Shown: positions 50,394 through 61,664 of the stretch, piece by piece | Layout of the letters: each line of letters starts with the position of its first letter | Numbering within the stretch: the stretch's first letter is position 1 | Assembly: GCA_013265495.1 (NCBI GenBank) | Contig: MU058345.1 | Coordinates: 62,001 to 126,000 of the forward strand | From: Vicugna vicugna | Lineage: Eukaryota | DNA: 64,000 bases | Reading direction: 5' to 3' | The notes under the pieces: model-generated | Told to the model about the DNA's origin: nothing | Seen by the model: the letters and a program-made list of their open reading frames with translations, nothing else | Databases searched by the model: none | Program-made: the position numbers and the translations under genes

Positions 50394-50480
50394 ACAAGTC
50401 CCTTAATTTCTCTGAGTTCACTTTTCCTCATCTTTTAAATGGGGTTTTAGTACTCTCTGCCCACAAAGAGTTGTCCACTA
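50330..50480 (+). mobile_element. MIR SINE overlapping the 3' half of the pseudo-exon
   Basis: tgtgaccctagacaagtcccttaatttctctgagttcacttttcctcatcttttaaatgggg matches the MIR core (tgtgaccttgggcaagtcacttaacctctctgagcctcagtttcctcatctgtaaaatgggg). Confidence 0.85.
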
Positions 50481-52235
50481 GCTCTTATAAAGTTATTTTG
50501 CAAGCAGTGGAATTACAAACAAATCTAAGGTACTGTTTCTCCCTGCAAAGCCCGAAGGGTGTATGGAACCCAGAAGGTAGACTCATACTTGCAAGTTCCT
50601 CGGCGGGCTTGGGGAGTGCCCGTCCTGCTCGGTGGAGGCTGTCCAGCGCTGCTGCCCTCTCTGGAGCTGGCACTCAGACCAAGGTCCTCAACGCTAGGTG
50701 TGAGTGCTGACTCCCACAGCATCGAGCATCTCGTCATCAAATCTCAGCGCCATCTGCTTGTCCTGGTCCAAAGTGAGTGATAATCCCGCGATTAAGACGT
50801 GTCTCATTAAGACATCTGCAAGATGGAGCCAGCAAACAGCCTGGTAGGACTGAGGCTGCTGCTTGGGAAAGCTTCCGCTCCCCTCCCCCATTCATTAATG
50901 ATTATGGGAGGTTTTATTCCCCCCAACAAAAGTGTTAATTAGACGTCGTTCTGAACAGGGATATTACACAAATGAATTAAACTCAAACCAATCAACAAGC
51001 CAGCTCTGTGCTTCAGGTCCCCTGAACGAGAAGGGAATTGAAGGCAGTAATGGGAAACAAACGGTAGGATGTCTTTCCTAATACAGAATAATAAGTAGGT
51101 AGGAAGGTTCCCTTCCGTTCTAGCATCTCTTTCATGGCAGATACCTTTGTCCTCCTGCCTCCTTTGCCTTCATATTCCCTTCTCTTTGTTTCTGTCTTTC
51201 TCCTCTGCTGCACGCACACACACATACATACACTGTCTCACACACACACACACGCGCGCGTGCATACAGACACACCCCTGTCCACGAAGCTTGGAGAGTC
51301 ACGATCCCATTCTTGTTACAGGAGCTGGACTGCCCACGAGAACTTGTTTCTTCCTGGGTATGCAGTCTTTAGGCTTGGGGCTGGGGAGAGGATGGAAAGA
51401 GACCATACACCAGGTACCATTCTGATTAGCAAAAGAGCCCAGTTCTGATCCGTGTTTCATTGCGGATGAGTCAGTGAATCTTTTAGAGCTGTGAGTTTTC
51501 TCATCAGAAAATAGAATATGTAATATTTGAGTCCGATGGGTATGCGTTAGGTATCTGTTGAGTCTCAATGGCTGGGCAGCAACATCTGGAAACACTTTGT
51601 GGCCGAGCAGTGAATTCCTGGTTACTGATCGCCCCCTGTGGGCAGAGTGGAAAGAACCGGAGGGAAAAGAGTTTGTCCCACTTTAAGGGCGCCCATTGGG
51701 TTGGAGGAGAGATTAGAGAAGCCTGAAAAGCCTTAAAAACATGCAAATGAAAACAAGATAGGGTAAAACTAGGTATTAAATACTTGGCTTGTGAGGGGAG
51801 CTGGGGGGCGATGGGGGTCCTCTGGGGAGACTAGAGGAGGCAGGAGGAGAAAGGGGAAGGGGGCAGGGGTTTTTTCACTGTGGGAAGGAAACCCCTTACA
51901 CAGAGCCCTGGAGATGCTGGAGAGGAGGGGGATGGCTGCGTCTGTGTGGCCTGAGCAGGGGATGAGGTTGGCGGAGCTGGGGGGGCTGGTTGTGTGGGGA
52001 CTCGACTGACTCTCCCCTAGCACCTCAGTGCCTGGCACATAGTAGGTGCTCGAGTGAATGTCTGAAATCGGATTTGATGTGATAGACTGTCAGGGAATTG
52101 GGACCCCACCCATTGTCTCTGGGATTCGTAGGAGTCCAAAGGGCATTGACGAACCAAACTTAAAAATTATTTGCTGTAGGAATGGGGTGCAGAGGGTGGG
52201 GTGTGGAAAAGGAAGTCCATTCAAAGCCCTCCAGT

Positions 52236-52404
52236 GGGGAGGGTGTAGCTCAGTGGTAGAGTGTGTGGTCAGCATGCACGAGGTCCTGGGTTCAGTCCCC
52301 AGTCCCTCTGTTGAATAAATACATAAATAAATACAAAAATAAGCCTAGTTAACCGCCCCCAAAAAAGAATTTTAAAATTAATTTAAAAAACAAAACAAAA
52401 CAAA
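52236..52404 (+). mobile_element. tRNA-Ala-derived SINE (camelid Vic-1-like)
   Basis: ggggagggtgtagctcagtggtagagtgtgtggtcagcatgcacgaggtcctgggttcagtccccagt plus an A-rich tail. Confidence 0.9.
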
Positions 52405-52414
52405 GCTTCTTTAA

Positions 52415-53371
52415 CTTCTCCTCTATGATTCTAGCCAGGAGCCTCAGATTCCCACAGGTACTTCTCTACCAATTTCCATTCTATTTCAGAGCCCAGTACT
52501 TGGCATTCCTCGTGTCCATGAAGCCCAGGCTGTAATGGGGTCCTGAGCACTGTCTAAAGTGGGAGTGAATCATTGCCAAATCTCTGTTGTCTGGTTACCT
52601 GGTCATCTTTTACATTGTGGTGTGTGTGCCCGTGCGTGTAAGCCACAGTTCAGTCTGCCCTGGGAGTAAGGACCACCGCCCCCCCCCCGCCAGCTCCCCA
52701 CCAAGCACCTTTCACTAGTTGTCCCCAGTCTCTTTACAAACCATCCCCAGCCGAGGATGGGGGGCCCCCACTCCCTTTTGAGAGTACCCGCATCACTGTC
52801 TCTACGACGCCCCTTCATAGGAAATGTCATGGCTTTCCCTGAGTGGCCACCTTCCCTCCCACAGAGCACCTCCCGGGTCCTGGCCCGACGGTGAGCTTTG
52901 CTTTTTGGTGTCCTCACCCCACAGTATCTTCCCTTCCTTGCTTTGCGGCTTGTTTTATTGCTGGGGACCCCCCTTGCCCCCCGCCCCAACCACTCCAATC
53001 AGGAAGCTGTTTGCTCGCTGCCTCAGAGCCTACTGTTGTAGAACGAGTCCACTTTCTCTTGTGTGGCCCCTGACAGATGGTCACTAGGCCCCGTGGAGCT
53101 AACACTCCAGGGACAGAATGTGAACTTTGTCTTCTTCCTTCTCCTCTGTGTTGCTAGCAGCCTCAGATTCCCACAGATTCCTATAGGTTCTCCTCTTCCG
53201 GTTTCCACTCAATTTCATAGTCTAGTACCTGGCATTTTTCATGTCCTCGAGACTCCAGCTCTAACAGGATCCTGAACCGTGGGTTGTTGTCATAGAAGGA
53301 AGTCGTTGACAAATCTCTGTTCCCTTGATGTATTTTACTTTGTGGGGTGCGAGCAGGTCCGTGTAAGCCAC
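52415..53371 (+). repeat. Diverged direct duplication: 52415-52646 and 53138-53371
   Basis: Collinear exact blocks agcctcagattcccacag, caaatctctgtt and cgtgtaagccac at an offset of about 720-730 bp. Confidence 0.88.
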
Positions 53372-54968
53372 CGGCTCGTGATGTTATGTTCCTCTCGTGG
53401 GATTTAGGAAAGTGCATGAATTTGGAGTCAGGAGATGTGGGTTCAGGTTCAGAGTCTCCTCTTATGAAGTATAAGACTTGGGGCGTCACCTCTCTGAGCC
53501 TCACTTCTTACGGCTGAGTTTTTGTGATTCAAAAAGTAAAATGAAAATGATTTGTGAATTACAAAGCTGTTTGTCAAAGGGAAGGAGTTTTTATTTCTTG
53601 CTAATTCTGTGTCAGTCCTGTTGTCCCTCACCCGGTCAAGGGACAGGAGGCCCTTATGGCCAATCGACAAGTTGGGTAGGCAGAGGAGACCTAACTTAGA
53701 TAATGTGGGGCTACGCACTTATTACTGCAAATCACACATTTGTTCCTCATTGCACCAGATATGCATGAGTTTTCCATGACAGAAAACTGAGGCACACTAG
53801 GGGAAGCCAAGGTTAGATTCTCTCTACTCTGTGTTTTCCACCTAACAGACGTTCCTATGGAACTGTGTGTACATTGGTGTTTGTGTTTATTTTTGCCCTT
53901 GTTTTCTTCTTCTTGCGTCCTTTTTGTCCACCTCATTTGGTATGTATTGCATCTTGGAATCTGGGAGGTGAAGCAGGAACTGGTAGGAGCCATCCCTGCT
54001 GCCTCCTGGCTAAGGCTGCTCAGGCGCTCTCCCTACCCCTTGTAAGGGGTCAATTACTTACCATCCGTCAGTTTCTTTTCTCTTTTGGAAGGAAACCTGT
54101 TTAGAACAGCCCTCTTGGGACTGGGGCCCCGGGCAGTGAGTGTCACAGAGAAGGGAGGTCCAGATGCTATGTTGCGGGTGTACCGCTGAGACTGCACTCG
54201 CGGATTCCGACAGCGAGGACTGCAGAGTTCTGCCTCCGTCTCTGGCATCCTCCATCCATCAGTGGAGGGGCAGGGGTATCAGGAGGAGACCAGGGGACCC
54301 TGACCTTAGACACAGAAGAAGGCGGGAAATCGGCGGGAGAGAAATAATGCGTAATGCGTGCCTACTCTGCACTAGACACTCTGCTAGATATTCTACTTAC
54401 CGTTGACCCATTTAATTTAATTCTCATGGAACCCTGTTAAATAAGAATTACTAGTCTTATTTTCTGGATGAGGTGTTAAGGCCCCGTTAGGTGACGATAG
54501 AGCTGGGACTCAAACCAAGACCTGTCGACCCCGGATTCCTAGGTCTCTTTACCACTTCACCATCTCTCAGGATCTCTGAGAACCACTCTGATGAAGGAGA
54601 CAGGCCATGTCCCTGCTGGATGGAGACTGGCCGGTACCGTAACCGGACGTTTGGGTGGCTTTAGCCACACCCTATATCCTTAAGGCAGTAGTGCCAGTAA
54701 TTTGGGAAGAACATGCCTTTACTCTTAAAAAAGACATCTGGGACTTTGGGTGGTAAATCTACAGAGTCCTGCAAAACCACACAGAACCAAGGGGATCTGG
54801 TGTTTCCAGGGGTAGATTTTTGCATTGGCATAGTGTGGATACTTCCCTAAGACCAACAATTAAAACCAAGGGATACTGAGATAATCCAAAACTGTCACAG
54901 TTTGTCATTTTCTGATAGAGAAGAAACCCTGGAACTTTCACACTGCAAGATGCGGGGGTGGTGGTGGT

Positions 54969-55020
54969 GGGCCGTCCATAACATAGACTACAATGCAAGG
55001 GGCGCCCCCTGGAGCACAGA
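54969..55020. mobile_element. MER91B-like hAT fragment carrying a CTCF-like motif
   Basis: gggccgtccataacatagactacaatgcaaggggcgccccctggag resembles recalled MER91B (agactacaatgtgaatggcgccccctggag). Confidence 0.55.
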
Positions 55021-55314
55021 ATCAGTGTGGAATTTCAAAATGTGTGTTTGTTCATTCATTTATGAATCATCGCTCCAGACTTGTTTTCTGGTTTGACTCA
55101 TTGCGATGAACACTGTGTTGGACTTGCAGCGCCAAGTGTGCACATCAGTGGGAGGAATTCGGGGGCAAGGGCAGACAGTGTAGGTGGTTTAGGAAGCCAT
55201 GCTAGGATGAAAAATGCCCAGCTCCCTTGCAGACCCAGGCACGATGGGACATGCTTTATGCTCAGGTGACAAGGCAGTCTGTTGGGTAACCTGTCCTTAC
55301 AAATGGTGAAGGGG

Positions 55315-55693
55315 CGTGATAGTCTGCTAGAGCTGCCATGACAAAATACCACAGACCTGCTGGCTTAAACAAGAAAAATTCATTTTCTCACGGTTGCGGA
55401 GGCTGGAAGCCCAAGATCACGGTGTCAGGAGAGTGGGTTTCTCTGCCTGGCTTGCAGAAGGCTGCTTCCTCGCTGCGTCCTCACAAGGTCTCCTGTAGAC
55501 GCATCCCTGGCATAGCTTTTGCGTGTCCAGATTTCCTCTTCTCATAGGAACACCAGTTAGGTTGGATTGGAGCCCACCCTGATGGCCTCATTTTAACTTA
55601 CTTACTTCTTTAAAGGCCCTGTCACATTCCGAGGCACTGGGGTTAGGACTTCAACATATGAAATTTGGGAGGGATACAGTTCAACACATATCA
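55315..55693 (-). mobile_element. MaLR solo LTR (MLT1A-like), full length
   Basis: gctgccatgacaaaataccacagac...ggaggctggaagcccaagatca...tggcctcattttaactta...gttaggacttcaacatatgaa. Possible 5-bp TSD agggg/ggggg. Confidence 0.9.
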
Positions 55694-56414
55694 GGGGGCA
55701 CAGAGAATGGGGACAATCAGAGAGGTTTCCTGGACCTCTCCAGGCCCGGTCAGGACCTGCAAGGAGAGAAAGAGGGTGCATGGAGTAGAACAGAAGATGC
55801 TAAGTTCTCCCAAGTGAAGCACAGCCCACGTGAAGGAGGCGGCTTGGTGGAGGGGACAGACATCCCACTGACCATGGAGCCTGGTGTGACCTCGGTCAGC
55901 CTGCTGGGGCTGATGTTGGATGGATGGTGCTGGGGCCACCTGATGGCTTCCAGATGCCCTGGTCCAAGGCTGGAAAGGGAGGAGAGAAAGCATTTGGAGG
56001 TGGAGAGCAGGCTGGCCGGACAAGAAAGACAGTGGGAGAGCAGACTCACGAGGGCCGTCAAACAAGAGCAAGGGTGCTGAGGGTGAGGACTGTGAAGGCG
56101 GGCGGGCTGGACGGTGTGGCTTTGATCTGCTGCATGTCTGAGGAGCCTTGGCAGGTCTGCAGGGAACCTCTGTGAGCTTTGGACTTCGACGGGGCTAGGC
56201 TAGGTACAGTCTCAGCTCTGCCCTTGAGGGCTGGCTTTCCTATGATAGAGAAATCCCAGAGGTGCTGTGGGGCCACCGGTTCCAAGATGCCCAGTGATGC
56301 CAAAATGCTCACTAGTCTTGTGGGACTCACCGACTCCATGATGCCTACCGATGCCAGGGGACCACTGGTGCCATGATGCCCACTGCTGACATGCAGCAAT
56401 GAGTTCATATTTGG

Positions 56415-56610
56415 AGTCCTTGACACCTGGGTTCAAATTCCAGTTGGACCTTAGCCAAGTTACCTCATCTCTCTAAGCTCTGTTTCTCCACTTGTGAAAG
56501 GAGTTAATCATATCTTCTTCTCAGGGGGTTGTGAACATTAAATGAATCTCTGTCTATAAAGTGGTTAGCAGAGTGCCTGGCATACCTAAGTGTTAAAATG
56601 AACATCATTT
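56415..56610 (+). mobile_element. MIR SINE
   Basis: acctgggttcaaattcc...gaccttagccaagttacctcatctctctaagc...gtggttagcagagtgcctggcata. Confidence 0.8.
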
Positions 56611-57333
56611 TAAGCTGTTAGCTCTCAAGCCCCTTGTCTCCTTCCAAACCTGATCTGCAATTCCCCTCCTCCAGGAAGCACTCTCTGACTAAGCTCATGA
56701 GACTGTTTGCTCTTGCACCCTGAGCCTGGGCTCTTGTGGCCTCACCTTGGGTTCCCGGGTAGCTGTCAGCTTGTTGTCCTGGGTGTCCTAGAAACATGGT
56801 CTCCAGAGCAAGGGCCCAGCTCCTCTCCTCCCCACCTCTCTCCTCGGGGCCCAGAGCAGATTCCTGCCTACAGGGCACCGGCTGAGCCCGGGACTGCCTG
56901 ACTGATTGACCCCCGGTGACTCACTCCCATTTCCTCACAAGGAAACAGTCCCGGGCTCTGTGTCAGCTAGACACCAGGCAGGACCAGCCAGCCAGCTGCT
57001 TGGCAGCTCTGGCTGAGTTGGGGGCTGGCTCTGTGCCGGCAGGGCCTTCCTGGGAGGCTCTCCTTGGCTAGCCACCTATCTGCCTGGCTGGCAGTGGAGG
57101 GAGGCCAGCTCTTTCTTCCTCGGGAAGGTGATGACTGATGCCTGGGGGACAGAGGTCTGTGCAAAGAGTCCCTGCTGTGTGCCGGGCACTGTTCTAAGCC
57201 CCGGTGATCAACGGTGATGAGGAATGAGGCTCAGCCCTGTAGATGGAGGGAGCTCGTTATTGATGGTGGGAGTGAGGAGGGTCCAATAAGTAAATCAACA
57301 AGAACGTAGCAACTAAGGATCAGTGTTACCGGC

Positions 57334-57468
57334 GGGGAGGGTACAGGGTGGGGAGGGTACAGCTCGGTGGCAGAGCGCGTGCTTAGCATGCACGAGGTCC
57401 TGGGTTCAATTCATTTAAAATAAATTAATAAACCTAATTACCCACCCCCCTCCCCCCAAAAAAGCCAA
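57334..57468 (+). mobile_element. tRNA-Ala-derived SINE with duplicated 5' head, inserted in an L2 fragment
   Basis: ggggagggtacag occurs twice (57334-57346, 57350-57362), then ctcggtggcagagcgcgtgcttagcatgcacgaggtcctgggttcaat. TSD atcagtgtta (57319-57328 / 57469-57478). Confidence 0.9.
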
Positions 57469-59449
57469 ATCAGTGTTATTATGGTGAAAATAATACAGGG
57501 TGATACAAAGAACGCTGACATCTTCCAGTCCTTTTAACATGTTCCTCGTTCAAGGAATGCTTCTTGGTGTAGAGCGGAGAAATTGTCCTTAGTCCTCTGA
57601 GACCTCACGAACTGAAAACTGAACACAGATAGGGCTTCAGCGGGTCTGGGGAGAAGGGGAAAATCCCATGTCACGTGGAGGCAGCGGTCGACTGGCCCGC
57701 TGGATAGGAGCACCCCAGGGACTCCATGGTGTTCACTGCTTTCACTTCAGAACCTAGAATAGTGGTCTGGAGTTGGACCTCGGTGAGGACGGATGGGCTC
57801 AGAGGGCTGAGCTGGGATGAAAGGATGTGGGCATCACAGAGAGGCAGAGCTTCATAGACTACTAAGAAAAAAAAAGCTTCTTAATAGGCAGAGCTGTCCA
57901 GCACCAGCACACAGAAAGGGCTGCTCCAGGAGACAGTGAGCCCGCGGCCCAGAAGGGCTCTGGAGGAACCCGGAGGACCACATGCTGGGCACACCGGGCT
58001 GGGGACTTCTGATCGAGAGGGAGGCCGGGCAAGGTGACCTGCGCTGTCCCTTCCAACGCCGAGGCTCTGCCGCTCCGTCACCACCTCTCCCTAGGCCCAG
58101 CCTGCCTGCTCCTGCATCATAAACGCCCAGACTCTGCTGACACTGCCTGTGTCTCACTTGCAGTGGAATTGCCCGCGAAGAGGAGCCCTGACTGCTCCGC
58201 ATTGCCAGGAAAAATCACTTGGAAATAGACTTCCCTTCCCTGACCCTGCAGCTCTGTCCCTGTTTTATTTTTCTGCATCAAATTGCCAACAGTAAAATTG
58301 CTGGACGCAGGGCATGTGCTGTTTGCTTCCTTTATGGCCCCTCATTCCCACCCGTTGGCCAGTGGAGAAAACAATTAGCGCCCTTGGCCCGAGACGCGGG
58401 CTGGAGGGCGGAGAGCGGCCAGCACTGAGCAGGCTGGGGCGGAGCGGCCCGGGGCGGGCGGGCGTTTGCCTCGCCGTGTGCCTCGGGCCTCCCCGGCCAG
58501 GCCCACGCCCAGGCATCAGGCTGCAGCCTCCAGCCACTCAGGTCGTTCCTGGACCCGCTGACTTGGGGGCTGTGCCTGAGCGCGGCGTTCCCCTGGCCTC
58601 CCCACTCCTTCCCATGTCCTAATGGGCCGGTGATGTAAATCCAGTCTGCCACACATTGATTCCTATTTCTAGGCCTTCTTTCCAAAAGGCTTGGATGTTG
58701 CTACCTGTGTTGGTGTATCGGTCTCCAAGGGAGGTCCCAGAAGGCAAGGGATGTGTCTGTCTTGTTCTTTATAGGGAGCTGTGCTTGTCACCTCTGGGTG
58801 GTGTTGTTATGTTTTTTGGTTTGTTTTGATGTGTTTGGTGTTTTGTTTTTTGGCAACCGTGCCATCTCCTGGAGGGCTGATGCTCTGCGTGTGGAGCTGA
58901 GCTCCAAACAGTTGGTGCACAAGGGGTTCTTCTGCTCAGAGCATGAGACTGGGGGTCCCTCGGGGTTTTTTTTCCCCTTTGGACCCATTGCTGCTGCTTC
59001 AAATGCCTGGGGGAGTGATGCAATCCTCGGTTCATTCACTCATTCACTTATTCAGCTCAGCAGATGTATTGAGGGTCTTCTGTGAACCACTCCTGGGCTT
59101 GGCTTCTGGGAATGTAGATAGATGTCAGAACTAACCTCTTAACCATACATCTAAAAGGAGAAACGGAAATGTAGACTAATATATGCCATGAAGCATAGGA
59201 AGGCGGCCCCATGATAGAGGTGAGGGGCAGTGAGGCGGAGAAGACCAGGGACACCGGAGTCAGACAGACTGGGGTTCAAGTCCTGACTCCAGCTTTTACT
59301 AGTTTTGTGACCTACTTAAGCCCACGTTCAGTGGAGTGTTAATGTCTGTCTTCGAAGGTTGTTGTGAGGGAGCATTCAGCTGTATAGTACACAGTCAGCA
59401 CCCTGTAAATGTGCACCCCTCTTCCCCGCGGTCGGGGAGAGTATAAAAC

Positions 59450-59885
59450 GAGTGACTCACTTTGCCGGGCGAAGTTAGGAGGGCTTCACAGTGGAGGCGG
59501 TGTTGCGCTTGATCTTACAACACCAAGAGCAGTTGTCCTGGTGGAGAGGGAGGGAAGAACATTCCAGAAAGTGGGAACAGCCATGTCTTTAACTCAACCC
59601 TAGGAAGGAGAGGGCCTGGCCTATTCAGAGGAGAGCTAGAGTGTGTGTTGTGGGGTGCGGGCAGGAGGATGGGGATCTGGCTTTAGGGGGCCTTGGGGAT
59701 CCAGCTACAGGGTTTGAATTTTGCTGTGAACAGCAGGGACATACTGGAGGCATTTAAGCAGTAAGTGGTATGCACAGATTTTGTGTTCTAGGATAACAAC
59801 TTTGGGGGGCAGTGTGGAAATAGGAGTGAAGTAGGGAGGGGAGGCAGCAGGGCGAGTGTGGGCCAGGGGGAGACTGTAAGCAGTC
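59450..59885 (-). mobile_element. L2 fragment
   Basis: gggaagaacattccaga...actggaggcatttaagcag...cagattttgtgttctaggataacaactttgggggcagtgtgga. Confidence 0.7.
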
Positions 59886-61664
59886 ATTCAACAAACGTTT
59901 ATTGAGCAGCTATTATGTGCCAGGCCCTCTACTGAGCATGGGGGTACGAAGATGAACTAAAGAGCTTCCTGAGGGTGACAGATGAATGGAGGACACAGTG
60001 AGTTGTGGGGACAGTTATGCTCGCAGCACAGGTCCCACGGACCTGTCTCTTTGGGGTATATTATTTTATGTCCTATAAAGGATTGCTCCTCGTGGTGGGG
60101 GCCCTCCTCACCATCGTGGGGAGGTGGGCGGTGGGGATGCAGGGAGAAGCTGTGTGAAGAGGAGGCCTTGAGATCTACCCTGGGAGGACAGAGTGGATGG
60201 AAAACGCCTTAAAAATAAAAATGATGACCCAAGTGCAGGGTATCCTGGTGGCCAGCTGGCACCTCATCCTTCTGGCAGGAGGGGAATAAGAGCACCAACT
60301 CCAGGCCGCCCTCCCCCTCCTCTGTCCTATTTACCTCCACCCTTTGCTTGGCCCCTTCTGCCCTTCCCCCAACCTGTGGCCTCACCCCAGCCCGGATCAG
60401 ATACTGCCTTTGTCTTTCTGCCTGGCTGCTCCCTTTCAGGGCTTAGAGGCCTCTGTGTCTGGGAACACTGAGGGTTCAGGGGAGCCCAAGGGGCAGCTTT
60501 AGGAAGTCACACAGGGCTCCCCAAATAAACGCCTTCCCTCTCCCCCCACTGCCACTTCTCATCGCCTCCCCCTAGGCTGTGTACCCCAGTACAGTTACGT
60601 GCCGGGGGCTGAGGAGGAGGCCTCTGTCTTCCTGGGTCCCTGCTGGTGGGGAGAGGAGGAAACAGAGCAGAAAATGTGCCTTCTGGAGAGGCACTGAGGA
60701 GGCCGGGCCAGGAGCCTGTGAACCACCGGGTGGAGGTGACGCCCCGCCCCCTGCACCCTGCTCCCCACGCTCCCACCAAGACCAGCTCTGGGGGTGCGGG
60801 GGGTGGGGAGCTGGGGCCCCTGGCGGCCCATGCCTGTTGGCTGGGCCAACAGGCATAATTATTACTAATAGGTGCCATTTGCATAGCAGGTAGCGTGTGG
60901 AGCACTTTATATACTTTTGGTTCCTCTAATTTTGCTGATGAAAGAAACCGAGGCCCAGGGGGGCTGCTTCACTTGTCCACAGTTAGGTACCATCGAGTCA
61001 GTGCAGCGCTGAGGTTAGACTCACGCTCTTTGATGCAAAAAGAGGCCAGTGTTTAATCGTATTTTTCCATCCTGGCACTGCAAATTCTGAGCTTTGTGAC
61101 ATTAGGCAAATTACTTAATTCCTCTTAGACTCTACATTTCTGTCTGTAAAATGGAATGAGTAATATGTATGAGAACAGTGGGTGTTGGGGATTCAGTGAA
61201 TAATCCACACAAAACGCCAGGCTTGATGTCCTGAACGTTCACTCATTCGTTTAGCAGATGTGAACCGGGCGCCAGTTTGCTGCCAGGGGCTGCGCTACGT
61301 GCCCGATTTACAAAAGTGAGCAAAGTGAACGTGGGCTATGCCTTTTCGAAAACGAGCAATGTCTGCGAGGCCTGATGAGTGCCGGATGTAGGAAGCATGA
61401 TGGAGACGGCAGCTATTAAAAAAGTGGCAGAGCAGGAGGTGAGCCCACTTCCGCCTGCCCCCAAGGGCGGGGCGGCGCCCCCAAGCCTACTGCTGCAGCT
61501 TCCTGTGACCACCTCCGCGGGGTAGGAGACGGTCCTCTGCGCCGCACCGGGAGGTCCGTACCAGGAGAGCTTCCGGCCTTCCTGGTCACCCCCTTTAATG
61601 AGAAGTGGACAAAATGGGCTTCCCTGAGGGGGAGTGGGGAAGCTTCTAGAAGACATAACATTGT

